Assembly (NCBI GenBank): GCA_951406725.2
Contig: OX597821.1
Location: 106,144,001-106,208,000 of the forward strand
Source: Octopus vulgaris
Lineage: Eukaryota
Reading direction: 5' to 3'
Length of the DNA: 64,000 nt
Shown: positions 39,743-53,531 of the stretch, in pieces
How positions within the stretch are numbered: the stretch's first letter is position 1
How the letters are laid out: every line of letters begins with the position of its first letter
The notes under the pieces: generated by a model
The model's database searches: none
Told to the model about the DNA's origin: nothing
Seen by the model: the letters and a program-made list of their open reading frames with translations, nothing else
Made by a program: the position numbers and the translations under genes

Positions 39743-42700
39743 TACTTCATTGTAATAGCGTTTGACCGTCGAGGGCTTATATGCCTCATTATTAGACCAT
39801 TTTCTATATAGATTGCAGGATAATCGTTTATAAGTTGTAAGCTTATAAAATATTATTATGAGTATATACAGAATTGTAAAAATCGACGCTGCTTAACAAA
39901 AGCCATCGCAGTAAAAGCACGTGAAAGTTTGTTGACAAAACCAATACTACGAACTAAATGTAGTTCTTAAATCTGATGGCAAGCAGCAGGTTGTTCGTTG
40001 GTGTAAATGGCTAGCACACTTGTCGCGAAACAAAGATGTGTGGGTTCGAGTTTCACACGTACGAGAAAGCCTATTTCTTTTCCGTCGATGGTTTATGTGC
40101 CTCATTATTAGACAATTTTCTTTAGTCATTGCGCAATGATCGCTTACAAGCTTTAAGCTTATAAAATACTGTCATTATTTACAGAACTGTAAAAATCGAC
40201 GCTGCTTAAGAAACGCAATCGTATATATAACTATAAATATATGGTGTGCGTGTGTATGTATGTAACGTATATATGTGTGTGTGTAGGTTTAGTTGCTTGG
40301 ATATAAGCATAACGTGGTTTGGTGTAGGAAAAATGAATAAGTTATACACCTCTCTATACCCGTGTGTGTTAGTGTGTAGATACTTACGGCAACTTTTCTT
40401 TAAACATGTTATCACCGTTCTAAACATCCTCTCTGTTCCTGACAGTGTTAATAATTTATATCTCTTATTAATGTGTATAAGGTGTCCTTTCTAAGAAGAG
40501 GATAATTCGAGAGAGAATTTGTTACTAATTCTAAATTCGAGAGAGAATGTGTTACTAATTTTAGCAATGTATTGGCCACCTTTATTTATTTCTTAGAGCT
40601 GGAATCAAAGCGCCTTTGGGAGTTTTGAAAATAAAACCTACTAACAGAGTGTAATCAGTCAAAGTCACTCAAGTGAGTGGGGCTGAGTTTCCATTATGAA
40701 AATGAAAATGCTGCATACGATGAAATCCGAAGCTTTCTGCCCAAAGAATTTCTTATACGATTTTCTTATGCGAGAAGACATTTATAGAAGGTGGTATGCG
40801 AAGAGTCGAAACTGAATCTACATAGCTGTCAGGCAAAATTAACCATACCAGCGTTTTCTAGTAAGGAGGTTACAAATGCTGAAATATTTACTATAAAACG
40901 GAAGGTTTTAATACATCAACGCTAGTAATTTTGATGGGAGGGGAAGTTGATTACATCGAACTTTGTGCACAACTGGTACTTATTTATCGAACGTAAAAGA
41001 TAAAATGTAAAATTTGCAGCGTTGGTATTTTAACTCAAAACACAAAGAGATTTGTCGAGTACGCTATCAATTCCGCTAGATTTCTACTGTGTAAATGGTT
41101 TTAAATTTTGTTCCGAAACCAATAATTTCGAGGAGAGGTTCACATCGATTAGATATACACCAACTTATACATGTACTTAATGAAAACTCTATCTAAATAA
41201 CGGCCACAAAAGTACTGCATGGAGAATTGAAAACGAAATTACAGAGCTGTCGATCGAATTAAAGGATGAAAGATTAAGTCGACCTCAGTGATATTTCAAA
41301 ATGAAGACGGACGAAATGGCATCAAGTACTTTGCCCGACGTTTTAACAATTCTACTAACTGCTGCTGTAGAGACACTGAAATATTAGCAATTGAAAATAT
41401 GAAACATGTTGAGAAAACGACTACTGGTGGATCTATATAATAAGAAATTATAAAAAACGGCCATTCCCCCGAAAAATAATAACAAACACGCCGACAGAAA
41501 GGAAAGCAGTGATAGCAAGTAAAACAAACTCTGAGAACAGAATGAATGCATAAATTCATATATATCTAACGAAAGCATTCGTTAATAATAAACGAGGAAT
41601 CTGTTTACACTAAGGGCTATCTTGTTTATTTAAAAATTATAATATTCAAATGATGGTATGATACCAATAGAATGTAATTATATAAAGACTGGTAAGAAAA
41701 TGTCTGTAATGAATAAATGACTTAGTGACTTTGAAATTTAGAGTAAGATTTTCATTTCCTATAAGCATTTCATAATCATTAGAGTAAATATTTATTAGCA
41801 AATAATATTACCAAGAATTGTAATGGTCAACGATACATGGTGAGTGTAATTGGCTGGCAATGAAAGAGACGCTTTATATGGCTGCCTAAATGACTTATGT
41901 AATAACTGTGGAAGGCAAACTTTCTAGGAATCAAATATGGTAATCTATAAACATACACCTGCAACGAAAAACAATGTCAGGTGTTAGAAAAAAGAACAAA
42001 AACAGAAAACAATTCAGACCAAAGATTTTAAAATACAGAAATTATCTGCTAGGTCGTCGCCTTAACTTCAGTAAAATATTAACTGTAATAGGAAGACTTG
42101 GAAGTGAATAAGTTACGCTTAACATTCATACACTGTTGTTATAAACCGAGAGTAGAAGACATCTCACCTAATGTCTCATAAAATATTATTAACGTCCTCA
42201 GAGAAGGAAGACACCCAACGAATAATCACTGTTGAGTAATGTTGTTTTAGACGTCTATCGGGAATATATTTGTTAGAACGCTGCTCTTCCCACTCAATTG
42301 TGGTGACATCATTAGTATGTATTTATATATGTGCCAGTTATAGCAGCTCATAAGCGTCCGTACTCCGTTTTCTTTAACTTAATCAAAGGCTTTTGATGTA
42401 GCAAATTATGGAAGGAAATGATACAAAAAATGCGGTTGCGAATAAAGAAATAAGAAATCACCGTGACGAACATTCAACACTACAGCAGGAAATCCCATGT
42501 GTTGTGTCACCTTTACGCTACTTAATTCAAATAGGAATAAGGGTGTTCTTATTTACCAATCTCCCTCCCAGCAAAGCAAGCTGTCATTCTCGGAATATTC
42601 CGGTATGGAATTCATATACCATATTTCCCAGATTTCACGGTATTCTGTTTCCCTCATTTGTTCTAAAGTTTTAATTATATTGGAAAATAAAATTGAATAT

Positions 42701-43224
42701 GTATATGATGCCACTCTTAATGCATTTTCTGCTGTATAATAACGTACTATTATTGACATTATCAATGATGCATAATAGAAGTCCTAATTAAAACAAATGT
42801 ATTGCATCAAAAGGCAAAAAGCCAGAACAGGTTACTGCCATGTTTGCTCATGCTGTAATGCTAGAAAATTAAAAGCATTGTTATTTCTGCGCAACTTAAT
42901 GTGATATAAATCAAATAAAAATCAACAGATACACTGTCAGGCAAAATGCGAGTAAAATGCGCTTGTGCAAAATCTGGATGTTTGAGTAGATGGGTGTATA
43001 ACGATCATCGTGAATGTCCTTGGGTCAGTTTCTAGAGCGTTGAACTCAGAATCATGAGATATTGAGTTCGATTCCCGGACAGAGTGGTGTTTTGTGTTCT
43101 TGAGCAAGACACTTTGTTACCCGTTGCTCCAGTTCTCTTTGTTGCTTCTAATACATTGGCCACCAAATTCTAACTTTTTTTCTGCTGAACTAAGTTTGAA
43201 ACCGGTTTGTGTATAATGTGGTAT

Positions 43225-44215
43225 CACTGAGTTTAAAAATGGCAATAGTTTATTTCCATTACGTCGAGTTGTTTTTATTGTTTATGGGCTGGCACATATT
43301 GGCTCCACTCGTAGCTCCATGTTCTTGAAATTTCTCAAAAATTGGGAACAAAAACTCTGGCCAGTCAAGAAAAGTTTGACTGTTGGGGAGAAGAATATCT
43401 TATACGAACCACCTGTTGAGCACGTGAAAATCAACTTCTCACCACTCTTAATGTGGAAGGCAACTTTTAAATTCATATGTGCATTTCTTGGCCTAAATTA
43501 TGATAAAATAATGGCTGATGGTTATGATAGGCCAGAATATGTCGAGCTCAATGACTGACGAGAAAAAAGATCATGGACTTCATTTGTGGCTGTTGTGAAA
43601 GGATATGAGATGGGGGTGAAACGGCTGCAGACTTCACAGTTTTGGAGGAGACATCACTTAGTGTCTTTCATCTTTTAGGCTGCAACTTGAGCATAAAGCT
43701 TCATTTCCTCAATAGTCATCTTGATGAGTGTCCTGCTAATCTTAGAGGCGTAAGTGATGAGCTTGGTCAGCGTTGTCCTCAAGCAAGATTATGGAGGAGA
43801 ACTATCAAGGCCCATGGAACGCACACACGACGAGAAAGTACTGTTGGAGCACACAAATAGGTTGTGTAGACATGAGGCATTCTCGTTAGTGGAAATTTGT
43901 TCCATGTATATGAAGCTATGAGTAATGATGGTTTGCGTTTTGTCCATCATATTAGAGAATGTATTTAGTAAAAGGAGATGTTATCTTACATTTCATTTAT
44001 TATTTCATATTCCATTGATATTATAATTTGAGATTTGAAGCGATAAAGATGAAAGCTATCTTGGCCAAGTAACTTATTTATACAGTACATCATAAAGAAA
44101 AGGGATATGCTATAGCATGAAAGCCTAATATGTCAGAAACCAACGGAAGCCATATTTCAGATCACCATCTCAAAATTAGCTAAAAATAATAAAAATGTCA
44201 CGAAAATGTGATATT
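43225..44215 (+). mobile_element. Chapaev/Transib-like (CMC) DNA transposon relic
   Basis: Fragments WPVKKSLTVGEKNILYEPPV and LGCNLSIKLHFLNSHLDECPANLRGVSDELGQR resemble the MSLKIHFLHSHLDFFP..GAVSDEHGERFHQ motif. Family assignment is from memory; boundaries approximate. Confidence 0.65.
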
Positions 44216-44500
44216 GCTTTTCTGTCCGGTCGGATGCCTGCCGTCCGCAATCTCTCGCTAGTAGTTAAAGTATATAGCAGTGGTCTTGCTCAGAAAATGT
44301 TCGGGAGAGGGAGGCGGGGAGGTTGGAAATGCAGGGGAGATATTTCTGAAACCTCTTCCCCTTCATCATGTGGTAAACCTGTGAAGGGTATAGGGAAATG
44401 TATAGAAGAAGGCCGCACACCGTTCTTCTGGGAGAGGAGGCGTTGCTCTCCTTTTTGCTGGCTAGTAAGTAATGTTAGTTATCAGCATAAAATATTTTAA

Positions 44501-44790
44501 AATCCCTATCCAAGTATAATTACTGACATTTGATTTAAAATAGAAATATCCAGTGTTAATAAGTCGAGTTGCACCAAGAATACTAAAAATAGGTAATATA
44601 TATAGTATTTTTCAATCCATATCCAAGAATAAATACTCACAACGGATTTATATGTGAAACATCAAGTGTTAATCGGACGAGTTGTTTCAAAAATATTCAA
44701 AATATGTATTGGAATTTTATCAAGATATAACATTTTGAATCCCTATCCAGTAGAAATAGTCATATCTGATTTAAGTATGAAATATCGAAT
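44501..44790. repeat. Degenerate ~115-125 bp tandem repeat, ~2.5 copies
   Basis: Units begin aatccctatcca/aatccatatcca near 44501, 44614 and 44738. Confidence 0.6.
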
Positions 44791-46106
44791 GTACTCTAGT
44801 TAATTTTATTAACTCCATTCCACAAACAATTATTTGAATAACTCATGTCGGTGTCTCTAACTTATGTCACGGGAATATAGAACTTTAAAAATTATAAAGT
44901 TTATCGTATAAATTGAAAGATATCCAATAGTGTATATTGCTTAAAGGACCAAATGAATGAATGAATGACATCAATGTAATAAGAATTTTCACCGGGCGTG
45001 CATCCGTGTGAAGACCTATCGTTATTTAGAAAGAACTATGTTTCTTTTTCTTCTTAAAATTACATAAGTCGTGTGTAACATCGAATTTTAAGATTTACAT
45101 TATAGTAATTCCAGTTCTTGTCGGAGGCTCCTTGCGTATGCAGGGGACGCAAGGGTCGAGCGCCGGCCTTACAGTTGACAAATTTTGAGTTTATGGTTAG
45201 AATTAGAGTTAGTATTGAAAGAGTATGGTGTTATTGTAAATATTTATCAAACTTTTATACAGTCACAAATATATTTATCAGCAACAAACCCTTCCGTGAA
45301 AGTGTTGGTGCTAATGCGCGCACGACAGGAACGTACACAGAAAAGTATTTCTGACATACCTTGCGGTCACTTGATCAAATTAATTCGAAGAGCATGCTAC
45401 AAGTGTATGTGTGTTTTGGGGGCGAGTTAGTGTGCAACAAGAACATTTACGGAAAATACTTTGCAAGGGATCGATTCCACACGGTAAAGATTGACCATCG
45501 GAGGAATCAAGTTGAGGAGATGTATACATGAAAAACAAGAGAAAGCAAAAAATAGAGGAATCACGACCAATTTCGTCCCTACAGCTTCCAACACATCTTA
45601 CATTCTTATACAGAAATAAACACCGATGAATGGCAAAAACAGTAGAATATTATTTAATTCTGTCTCTAAGTTTAGACCTCTTATATTAATCGTCCCTTTA
45701 TTAGCCTCAGCGGTCTCATATAAATATTGGTGAGAAATGCACGTATATAACAAGCCCACTATGAGGAGACCCCCCTACCAAAAAAAAAAAAAAAAAATAA
45801 TGAAAGCTACGAAAATTACATACATTTATGAGCGGGTATGTAAAGGTATGTGTGTGTATATATATATGTATATATATGTATGCAATTTAATGTAAAAAAG
45901 AAAATATATATACATACACACACAAACATATATCTATGTATATATATATATATGTATGTATGTATGTATGTTTAGGACTGCTGAAGTTAGATGTAATGTA
46001 TAGCTGCGAATATCATCAGCAGCCGTGTTATTTAAAGTAACAGACCGAATTTGTTTATAATCATCACGAAAATCATCATAATCTTCTTTTGTTGTTGTTG
46101 TTACAC

Positions 46107-46145
<39 letters not shown>

Positions 46146-46335
46146 CAGCAACAGCAGCAGCAGCAGCAATGCCAGTCGCAACAAAAGTTCCAGAAGTATA
46201 AATAAAGAAAAAGCACAAAAACAGTAGTTGTTTTATGCGTTTAGAAATATTCGTATAAGGAAAGAAAACAGTTTTGTTTTTTTTACAAAAATACTGTTCA
46301 AATGAAAGCGGAAGCCGAAGAAATAGAAGGAAAGA

Positions 46336-46343
46336 TATATAAG
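46336..46343 (+). promoter_or_regulatory. Candidate TATA box for the Cys-rich gene
   Basis: TATATAAG about 70 nt upstream of ATG 46411; weak evidence in an AT-rich genome. Confidence 0.3.
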
Positions 46344-46410
46344 GGTGTGTTACTATAACAGTGGGTTACTTGAAGTTATATGTTATAGTAGAACTACACC
46401 TTTGGTGAAG

Positions 46411-47508
46411 ATGATGAAAGTAAACATCCCTTGCTTGATGGGTTATATTTTAGCAATTATCGTGCTGGTCGTCGTTGTTAGATGTCAAAACGACACTGAA
46501 ATTCCCAAACAGTCGGAAATTCAGAAATGTATGTTGTTGGCTCGGAAGCGAAAACTTAAAGGCCACGATGAGGATGAAAGAAAAGAAGCAGTTTGTAAAC
46601 CGTCATTTAACCTGACCATTGATTGTATAATAAAATACAGTTTAAAGTCCAACCATCCGTTAGACACTTTAATGCGAAATTCCACAAGTATGGCACGTTG
46701 GAAAGAAGCTAACAAGTATCTGTGTAACCAGTATCGCCGTATAAATGAAAGCAAGAAGTCATGCGCAAGCAGTTCAATGGAATGTATGAAGATTTTTGAC
46801 TGGCATATTTATACCTGGTGTGTCCCGGATACTCGCTGCTACTATGACAGAATACATAAATGCAGTGAATCCGTCGCTATAACTTGGGCGAAATACGTTC
46901 TTTTGGCTAAAAGCAACGTTTGTATTGTTTCGGATCAATATTTTCAGTTATATCCATTACTTGGACCTGAATTAAAATGTTATCCGCATACTCATGTGGA
47001 TGTTCACGCGACATTGGATTGGGTATACAGAGCTTTCTGCGCACGTTTTCACTTTCACGGAACCGTTCAATGTATACGTGATGAAGTTGGGAAATTATCT
47101 TCTGCGGATTTGGATGATAATAAATCTGATTATATCCTTAAAGCTGTGAAGTTTGCACGTGACCGGCATATTCTCTGTGAGTATCTGAAGGATTTGCCGG
47201 CAAAAACTTGCAATATTATTCAAGAAGATATTACAAAAACTTGCCTGAAGAGGCTGTATTACTCACATTGGCAACGAGAAAAATCTTTATCGGGTTCGGT
47301 AGAAATATATGCAGATTGCATATATGAGCAATACAAGCATTGTGACGTGAACTTAGCTCGACTTCTTGGAGAAAACATTCGATCATATAACAAGGTTAAG
47401 ATGTTTACGCGTGGAAAATCGCATTTACCGACTGCATCTATGTGGATTATATGTTATCTTGTAGTAGTATACTTACATGCAATGACATTTTTAACTGCTT
47501 CAATTTAA
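46411..47508 (+). CDS. Uncharacterised single-coding-exon Cys-rich cell-surface glycoprotein (signal peptide, two tandem Cys domains, probable GPI anchor), 365 aa
   Basis: The only long non-repeat ORF. First ATG is at 46411 (aagATG); the track start at 46345 is GTG. Hydrophobic [14 protein letters not shown]|Q signal, 18 ectodomain Cys, five NxS/T sites, terminal hydrophobic [22 protein letters not shown] with no cytoplasmic tail. Confidence 0.88.
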   Translation: MMKVNIPCLMGYILAIIVLVVVVRCQNDTEIPKQSEIQKCMLLARKRKLKGHDEDERKEAVCKPSFNLTIDCIIKYSLKSNHPLDTLMRNSTSMARWKEANKYLCNQYRRINESKKSCASSSMECMKIFDWHIYTWCVPDTRCYYDRIHKCSESVAITWAKYVLLAKSNVCIVSDQYFQLYPLLGPELKCYPHTHVDVHATLDWVYRAFCARFHFHGTVQCIRDEVGKLSSADLDDNKSDYILKAVKFARDRHILCEYLKDLPAKTCNIIQEDITKTCLKRLYYSHWQREKSLSGSVEIYADCIYEQYKHCDVNLARLLGENIRSYNKVKMFTRGKSHLPTASMWIICYLVVVYLHAMTFLTASI

Positions 47509-47648
47509 GGCGCGGAAAGCAAAGTAGGTAATTTAAGCTAGGCTTTATACACGCAGGCACACACGTACAAACACGCACACACATATACAAATTTACAAAC
47601 AAACATAAATATATGTCACATTTATATGAATTTACATTTACATATATA

Positions 47649-47712
<64 letters not shown>

Positions 47713-48445
47713 TATATACATATATATATACATATGTATATATATATATATATATATATATGCATACATACACTGTATATACATATGCGCATACAAGATA
47801 TGAAACAATTTCTACCATTCAATTATATTTATACCATTTAATTATATTTATACTGTTATATTTTGTTATGTTTTATGTACGTGCCCTCACTAATATTGTT
47901 ATAACTTCCTTCAATTGAATCTTATTTTGTAAAGAGGCATTTTTCTTTAAAAAAAAAAAATTTAAATATCGAAAAATATGAGTATGAATATGAATTCAAC
48001 GAATAAAATATTAAGAAAATGCAGAAAATATGAAGCATAATGTATTCTTTAATTATTTCTATCAATAATATTGCTTGAATGTACGTGAGTTGATCGCGAC
48101 TACTCTTAAAACGAGCAATTTTGCGCGCGTGTGTAGCAAAAACTTTCAGGTAAGTATACATTTATTATCTTACCGCAGTTAAAGTTCCAGTTATTTCCTA
48201 TCGAGTTTATTTTTTATTAACAGTTTAACCTCTGGTTATATATATAGTGTTTCATTTTTTAGAAAAATTGGTTTATAATATTTGTAAACTTATGGAATTT
48301 AATTTCTTCTTCACTAAACACAACTATGCTAGCATGCATGTATTGATATATGTATTTATATTTACACGTGCATATGTGCTTGAATATACGTCTGTGTATA
48401 TTTATATATGTTGTATATGCTTGTATTCCCACTTATCTCGTTTTC

Positions 48446-48508
<63 letters not shown>

Positions 48509-49209
48509 TAAGATTGAGAGAGAGAGATGCACAGACACGTGTGTATGTATATATATATATATAGTATATAATAATACTATATATATATATATATATAGTA
48601 TTATTTGGTTACCTGTGTGTTTCTCTACGTTTATCCTGCTGTCGTTCTCTGTGTTTATATCTCTTTACAGGTGTCATGACTCGTCTCTTTCCACAACACA
48701 AAAATACGCTTATTTTATATAATTTGTACACACATCAATTGATGCACGAATTTAATTAATTCAAGGCAACACTACAGAGTGCTGATTATGTCTTGTAGAC
48801 CAAAATATAATTCTTCCTAAAATCGTTCAGTTTATGTCAGAAGTAAAAATTTCGATATTCAGAATAATCTGCACCTTTTCTTCGAGTGTTGCTATCCATT
48901 GATTCCATATTTTTTTTCATTCTCACCGAGGACAGTAAATTCTGACGACTATTTGGAGTTGTCTGAATGTGTGGATATGTATGTATGTTTGTTTGTATAT
49001 TTAATTTTTAAACAAGAATATTATTGACGGTGATTTCGAAGTTTCAGCAACTTAAGCAGTCCCACGATGGCTTATCTGGCCGAAAGTTGGAAGTCACAGC
49101 CAATAATATTTTTCTCGAACAAAAATAAATTTGTACTCTACAACAGTATAGAAGAACTCGTTTCATTAATGTAAAATGGAATTTACAACAGTACTTAAAA
49201 CAAACATTG

Positions 49210-49280
<71 letters not shown>

Positions 49281-49321
49281 TTATCTATCTATCTGTCTAT
49301 CTATCGCTCTATCTCTCTCTA

Positions 49322-49396
<75 letters not shown>

Positions 49397-49420
49397 ATAT
49401 ATATATATATATATATACAT

Positions 49421-49450
<30 letters not shown>
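49210..49450. repeat. (ATCT)n, (TA)n and (GA)n microsatellite
   Basis: Directly visible. Confidence 0.95.
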
Positions 49451-49455
<5 letters not shown>

Positions 49456-50069
49456 ATGAAAGGTTATGGTGTCATTGAGAGCGAAAGGTGTCAGGTAATG
49501 CTAAATTAGTGTTATAGATATACCATAGTTAAGTTCCAGGTTTGGTGATCAAGTAAATAAGGGGTTCATTGTTGGTCATATGTCAGCGTGTGTATATAAT
49601 TTTTTTTCCTTTCGTAATGAGATAAAGAACCAACGTTGTGTAGATTTTAGAACATTTATAGATAGGTCTTACAGCTGTTGCCAGGATATTTATTATATCC
49701 CTATACATACACACAGGTATTTTTAACTTTATGGATGCATACTTTTTTGTGTCTTTAAATGTCTTTGATGAAGTGTCTTTAAATAAAATGTTCTTATTTT
49801 CTAAGAACATTTGACAACTTAAGTAACTTACTATGGTTTTCATTAAGAATACATTACAAGCAGACGACAGTAATTTCACCGTGTAACAGCGCCTCTGTCA
49901 GAGAGTAAAGGAACCAAATCTAAGAAGGTGAGACCAGTCGTGTTCTGTTCTAGTTCTCCTTTTATTCTTTTATGAATGATTTTATCTAGTGCCTTCTAAA
50001 CAATATTATCGAATGCTGAGAAGTGCATCCGCAAAATATATTTATCTCAGTACTATTTAAATATCTTTT

Positions 50070-50510
50070 ATCTTTTTGCCTTTTACTTGTTGCAGTCATT
50101 AGTCAGCGGTCATGCTGTGGCACCGCCTTGAAGAATTTTTAGTCAAATGTATCTACCCCGGTGTTTATTCTTTTAAACGCCTGGTACTTATTCCCTTGGT
50201 ATCTGTTGCCGAACCGCGAGCTTAATGGAACGGAAACACACCAACACCGGCTTTCAAGCGGTTGGGGGAGAAATTGAGACACAACCACACACACACACAT
50301 ACACACACACACTCACACACACATGAGGTGTGTCTTTCAGTCTGCGTCCTGAGTTCGAAATCCGCCGAGGAGGACTTTGCCTTTCATCCATTCGGGGTCG
50401 ATTAAATAAGTACCAATTACGCACTGGGATCGATATAATCGACTTAATATGTTTGTCTGTCCTAGTGTGTCCCCTCTGTGTGTAACACCTTGTGGGCAGT
50501 AACGATATAA
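50070..50510. mobile_element. Diverged SINE A (minus) abutting SINE B (plus)
   Basis: Family A 3' half at 50070-50340; family B core from ~50345. Confidence 0.65.
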
Positions 50511-53495
50511 AATAGAGCATTGGAATCCCGGACCAGACGTTGCATTGTGTTCATGAGGAATGCAAATTATTTCACATTACTCCAGTCTGCTCAGCTGCAA
50601 ACAACTAAACCTGTGATTAACTGATGTCCTGTTCAAGGGAAATGTTATGATCAACATTACTTATATCTTATGGAAACGGGTAACTGGCCCTAAAAGTTGC
50701 AGGGCTCGGAACAGTGCATTAAGTTTTAGTTTCTGTCGCTGATATAATACCAGAGCTGTTAGTTTTAATGTAAACATGCAGAAAAATTATTCTGAAAATA
50801 TTTGATCCTGACATATATAATCAATCAGTCAGAAATTGAATCCTTTTCCGTATTTTTCTGTATATTTTTGCGTGTGAGATTTTTTTATATGCGCATGTGA
50901 ATGAGTCTTTTGATGGAGAAAGTTATACTTAGAAACAGAATCTCAATGCCCTCGTTGAATTTATTTGTATTACAAAGTATTTTTTCATACAACTATCGAG
51001 AAACTTTGTTTTGAAAAGACAAAAAAAATGTCGATGCATTTATAAAAAGTTTGTAATGTGAGAAAATGGAATTCTCCTGCACTCTTTTCAGCATAATTTG
51101 ACGCCTGTAATGTAGAACCACAGGAAAAATATCAAAAGCTGCTTCCGTAGCAATTTTATGAATAACATCTTTCTGAGTGTATACACAGACTCTCACACAT
51201 ATATATTACCCAATTGTCACTTTAAAATTCCTTTAGCTTTTTCATATTATTTTTATAACTTGATATTTTTACATTTGTTGTGTATTTCTATGTCAGCTCT
51301 TATGAATGGTACGTTGGACCAAAGTTATTCCAGCCATGACTATCTCGAATATCTGGTAGTATTTTGAGGTTTCTAGAATCGCATCTTATAATGTAACCCT
51401 CTTCAGCTTTTTAAAACGATGGTGTGTAATGTAAGGCAGATGTGACAGCTATTTCTAGCATATTCATCAACTACGAACACTCATCCATGTTGACTAATAT
51501 TGTAAACTATTTTGTCCACACTTCATCCTTTTTCTTTCTTTAATAATCAAATTATCTTTAAAACTCACAGTGTATATTGTCATTAGAAAAGTGATCTCTG
51601 ACAGTGACGCAAGTTTAATTCTGGACTGTGACGGTTATATCTAAACTTTGTAATACCTTTTAACATTATACAAACTAAATCTTCTCATTCACGTAATTGC
51701 AAATAACATTCTTAATTAACGCTGTTTAATTTACCAAGATGTGGCACAAATAATATATCTTGTTTTGTATGTTTTCAGTTCATAAGACGAACGCCTATAT
51801 TCCTGTGCGAACATAGAATCTCCTCAAGACCAGTGTAATCCTGTAATTTGCTTGAATATAGGTATTTCATTCAGCTATAACGCATGACAATTTTATGAGT
51901 TAGTTGTATACTGAAGATGATTTGTAATTACATTTGTGCATAGCGATGAAATTAAGTAGGCAACCCGTTAAATCCTGAACAAATATCGTTTCGCTCGACG
52001 AAGTTCATTTGATATGTCAATGGATATTAGGTCCTCTCCATAAGATTACCTTATAGATTTGATATAATCAAATATATATGTGTTATGTCGTACGTTCGGA
52101 TGACCTCTACTCAACTCCTCGACGTCTAGATTTCTCCCTCTATATCTACGTATTGGGCTAGTCTAATTCGTCGTCTGGGAGCGTCGACACAACAGTATGA
52201 AAGTATCCTATCGATTTAGAAGTCATTTCAGCCAAAGGGAACTCGTAGCTTGGGAAGAAGATACAATTCATTCAGTTACCCAATTGAAGCAATATTATTT
52301 TTCTCTGGCTACTAGCGATATATAGCTATCGCCTCCAACAAATCTTTACTTGTCTAGATATCCTCGTGTCTTGAAGAAATGACCTGGAGAGATAGATCAA
52401 CGTCAGCTACAGAAATAATGTATTGAAGTGTAAGGATATAGAAAAAGGTAAGATATCGTAATTTTTAAAATTTTCTCTTTCTTATTTCAGAAAGTTAAAA
52501 TGATTTGGTTGTAGTTCAGATATGAATACATATCACATCCAGTTTTTACTGATCACCATTAGGTTGTGTATTCCTTTCTCTGGGATATGAATGAATCTGT
52601 AACTGTGAGGTGTATTAGATACGGTTGGCATTGAAATTTACTGAGAAAAAGCGAAGAGCATAAACAATTATGTCTGACTTAGTCATTTTCTAATTAACAC
52701 CAACACATTCTAGAAAAGTTACTATCGACCTCAGTACTTCTCTGAAACTTTATTTATCGACAACAAAATGATGACATGGCAAGTTGATCAGAGAGGAATG
52801 TAGACAGAACTTAAAAAGCCCGAATAATTACTACAAAGCAATCATTGTTACGTTCTAACGAAATTAACTATTTCACAGTACCATCCTACAGTATATTTCT
52901 ATCATACAATTTTCAGAGACATTTCAGAATATATGCTTTATACAAATGCTTGTGTCAATATATTCTTTCCTGGAGAATGAGATTAGCATATTTGAGTGGA
53001 TAGCAAAATGCAATGGATTGAGAATTTGGTATTTTTTTAAAGATTTCTTTAAATACCTAAAATAAAATTTCACACATATTTTCTGCGATATTTTATGATG
53101 CTGTTTAATGGAAAATTTGTAAGCATGTTCATACATCCTCATAAATTCCTCATATCTCATTCTTCATCTATGATTATCTAAATTACGATCTTTAACCAGA
53201 ATAGTCACGAGGAAATGGAATTTTCTACTAGTTAAAATATAAATAATTCCGAAATATCTCATTACTGGTTACTTTACCAAAACGTGCTACAAAATATAAT
53301 TTGAATGAATCTCTGTATGTACGTTTGTAAGTGTGTATACAAATATATGTGTGTGCGTGCGCGTACGCGAAATATATATGTTTACATACATAAACACACA
53401 CACACATATATAGATGCGTGTGTATGTATACATACATATGCGCACACGTATATATTCATATATAAATTAGAAACGTACATTTATGGATTCATTCA

Positions 53496-53531
<36 letters not shown>

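Noticed and set aside
46345-46410. N-terminal 22 codons of the 387-aa track ORF
   Set aside because: The start is GTG; the first ATG at 46411 places the signal peptide at the N-terminus.
51905-51965. CTGAAGA..GAAATTAAGTA possible hammerhead
   Set aside because: Stems II and III do not pair adequately.
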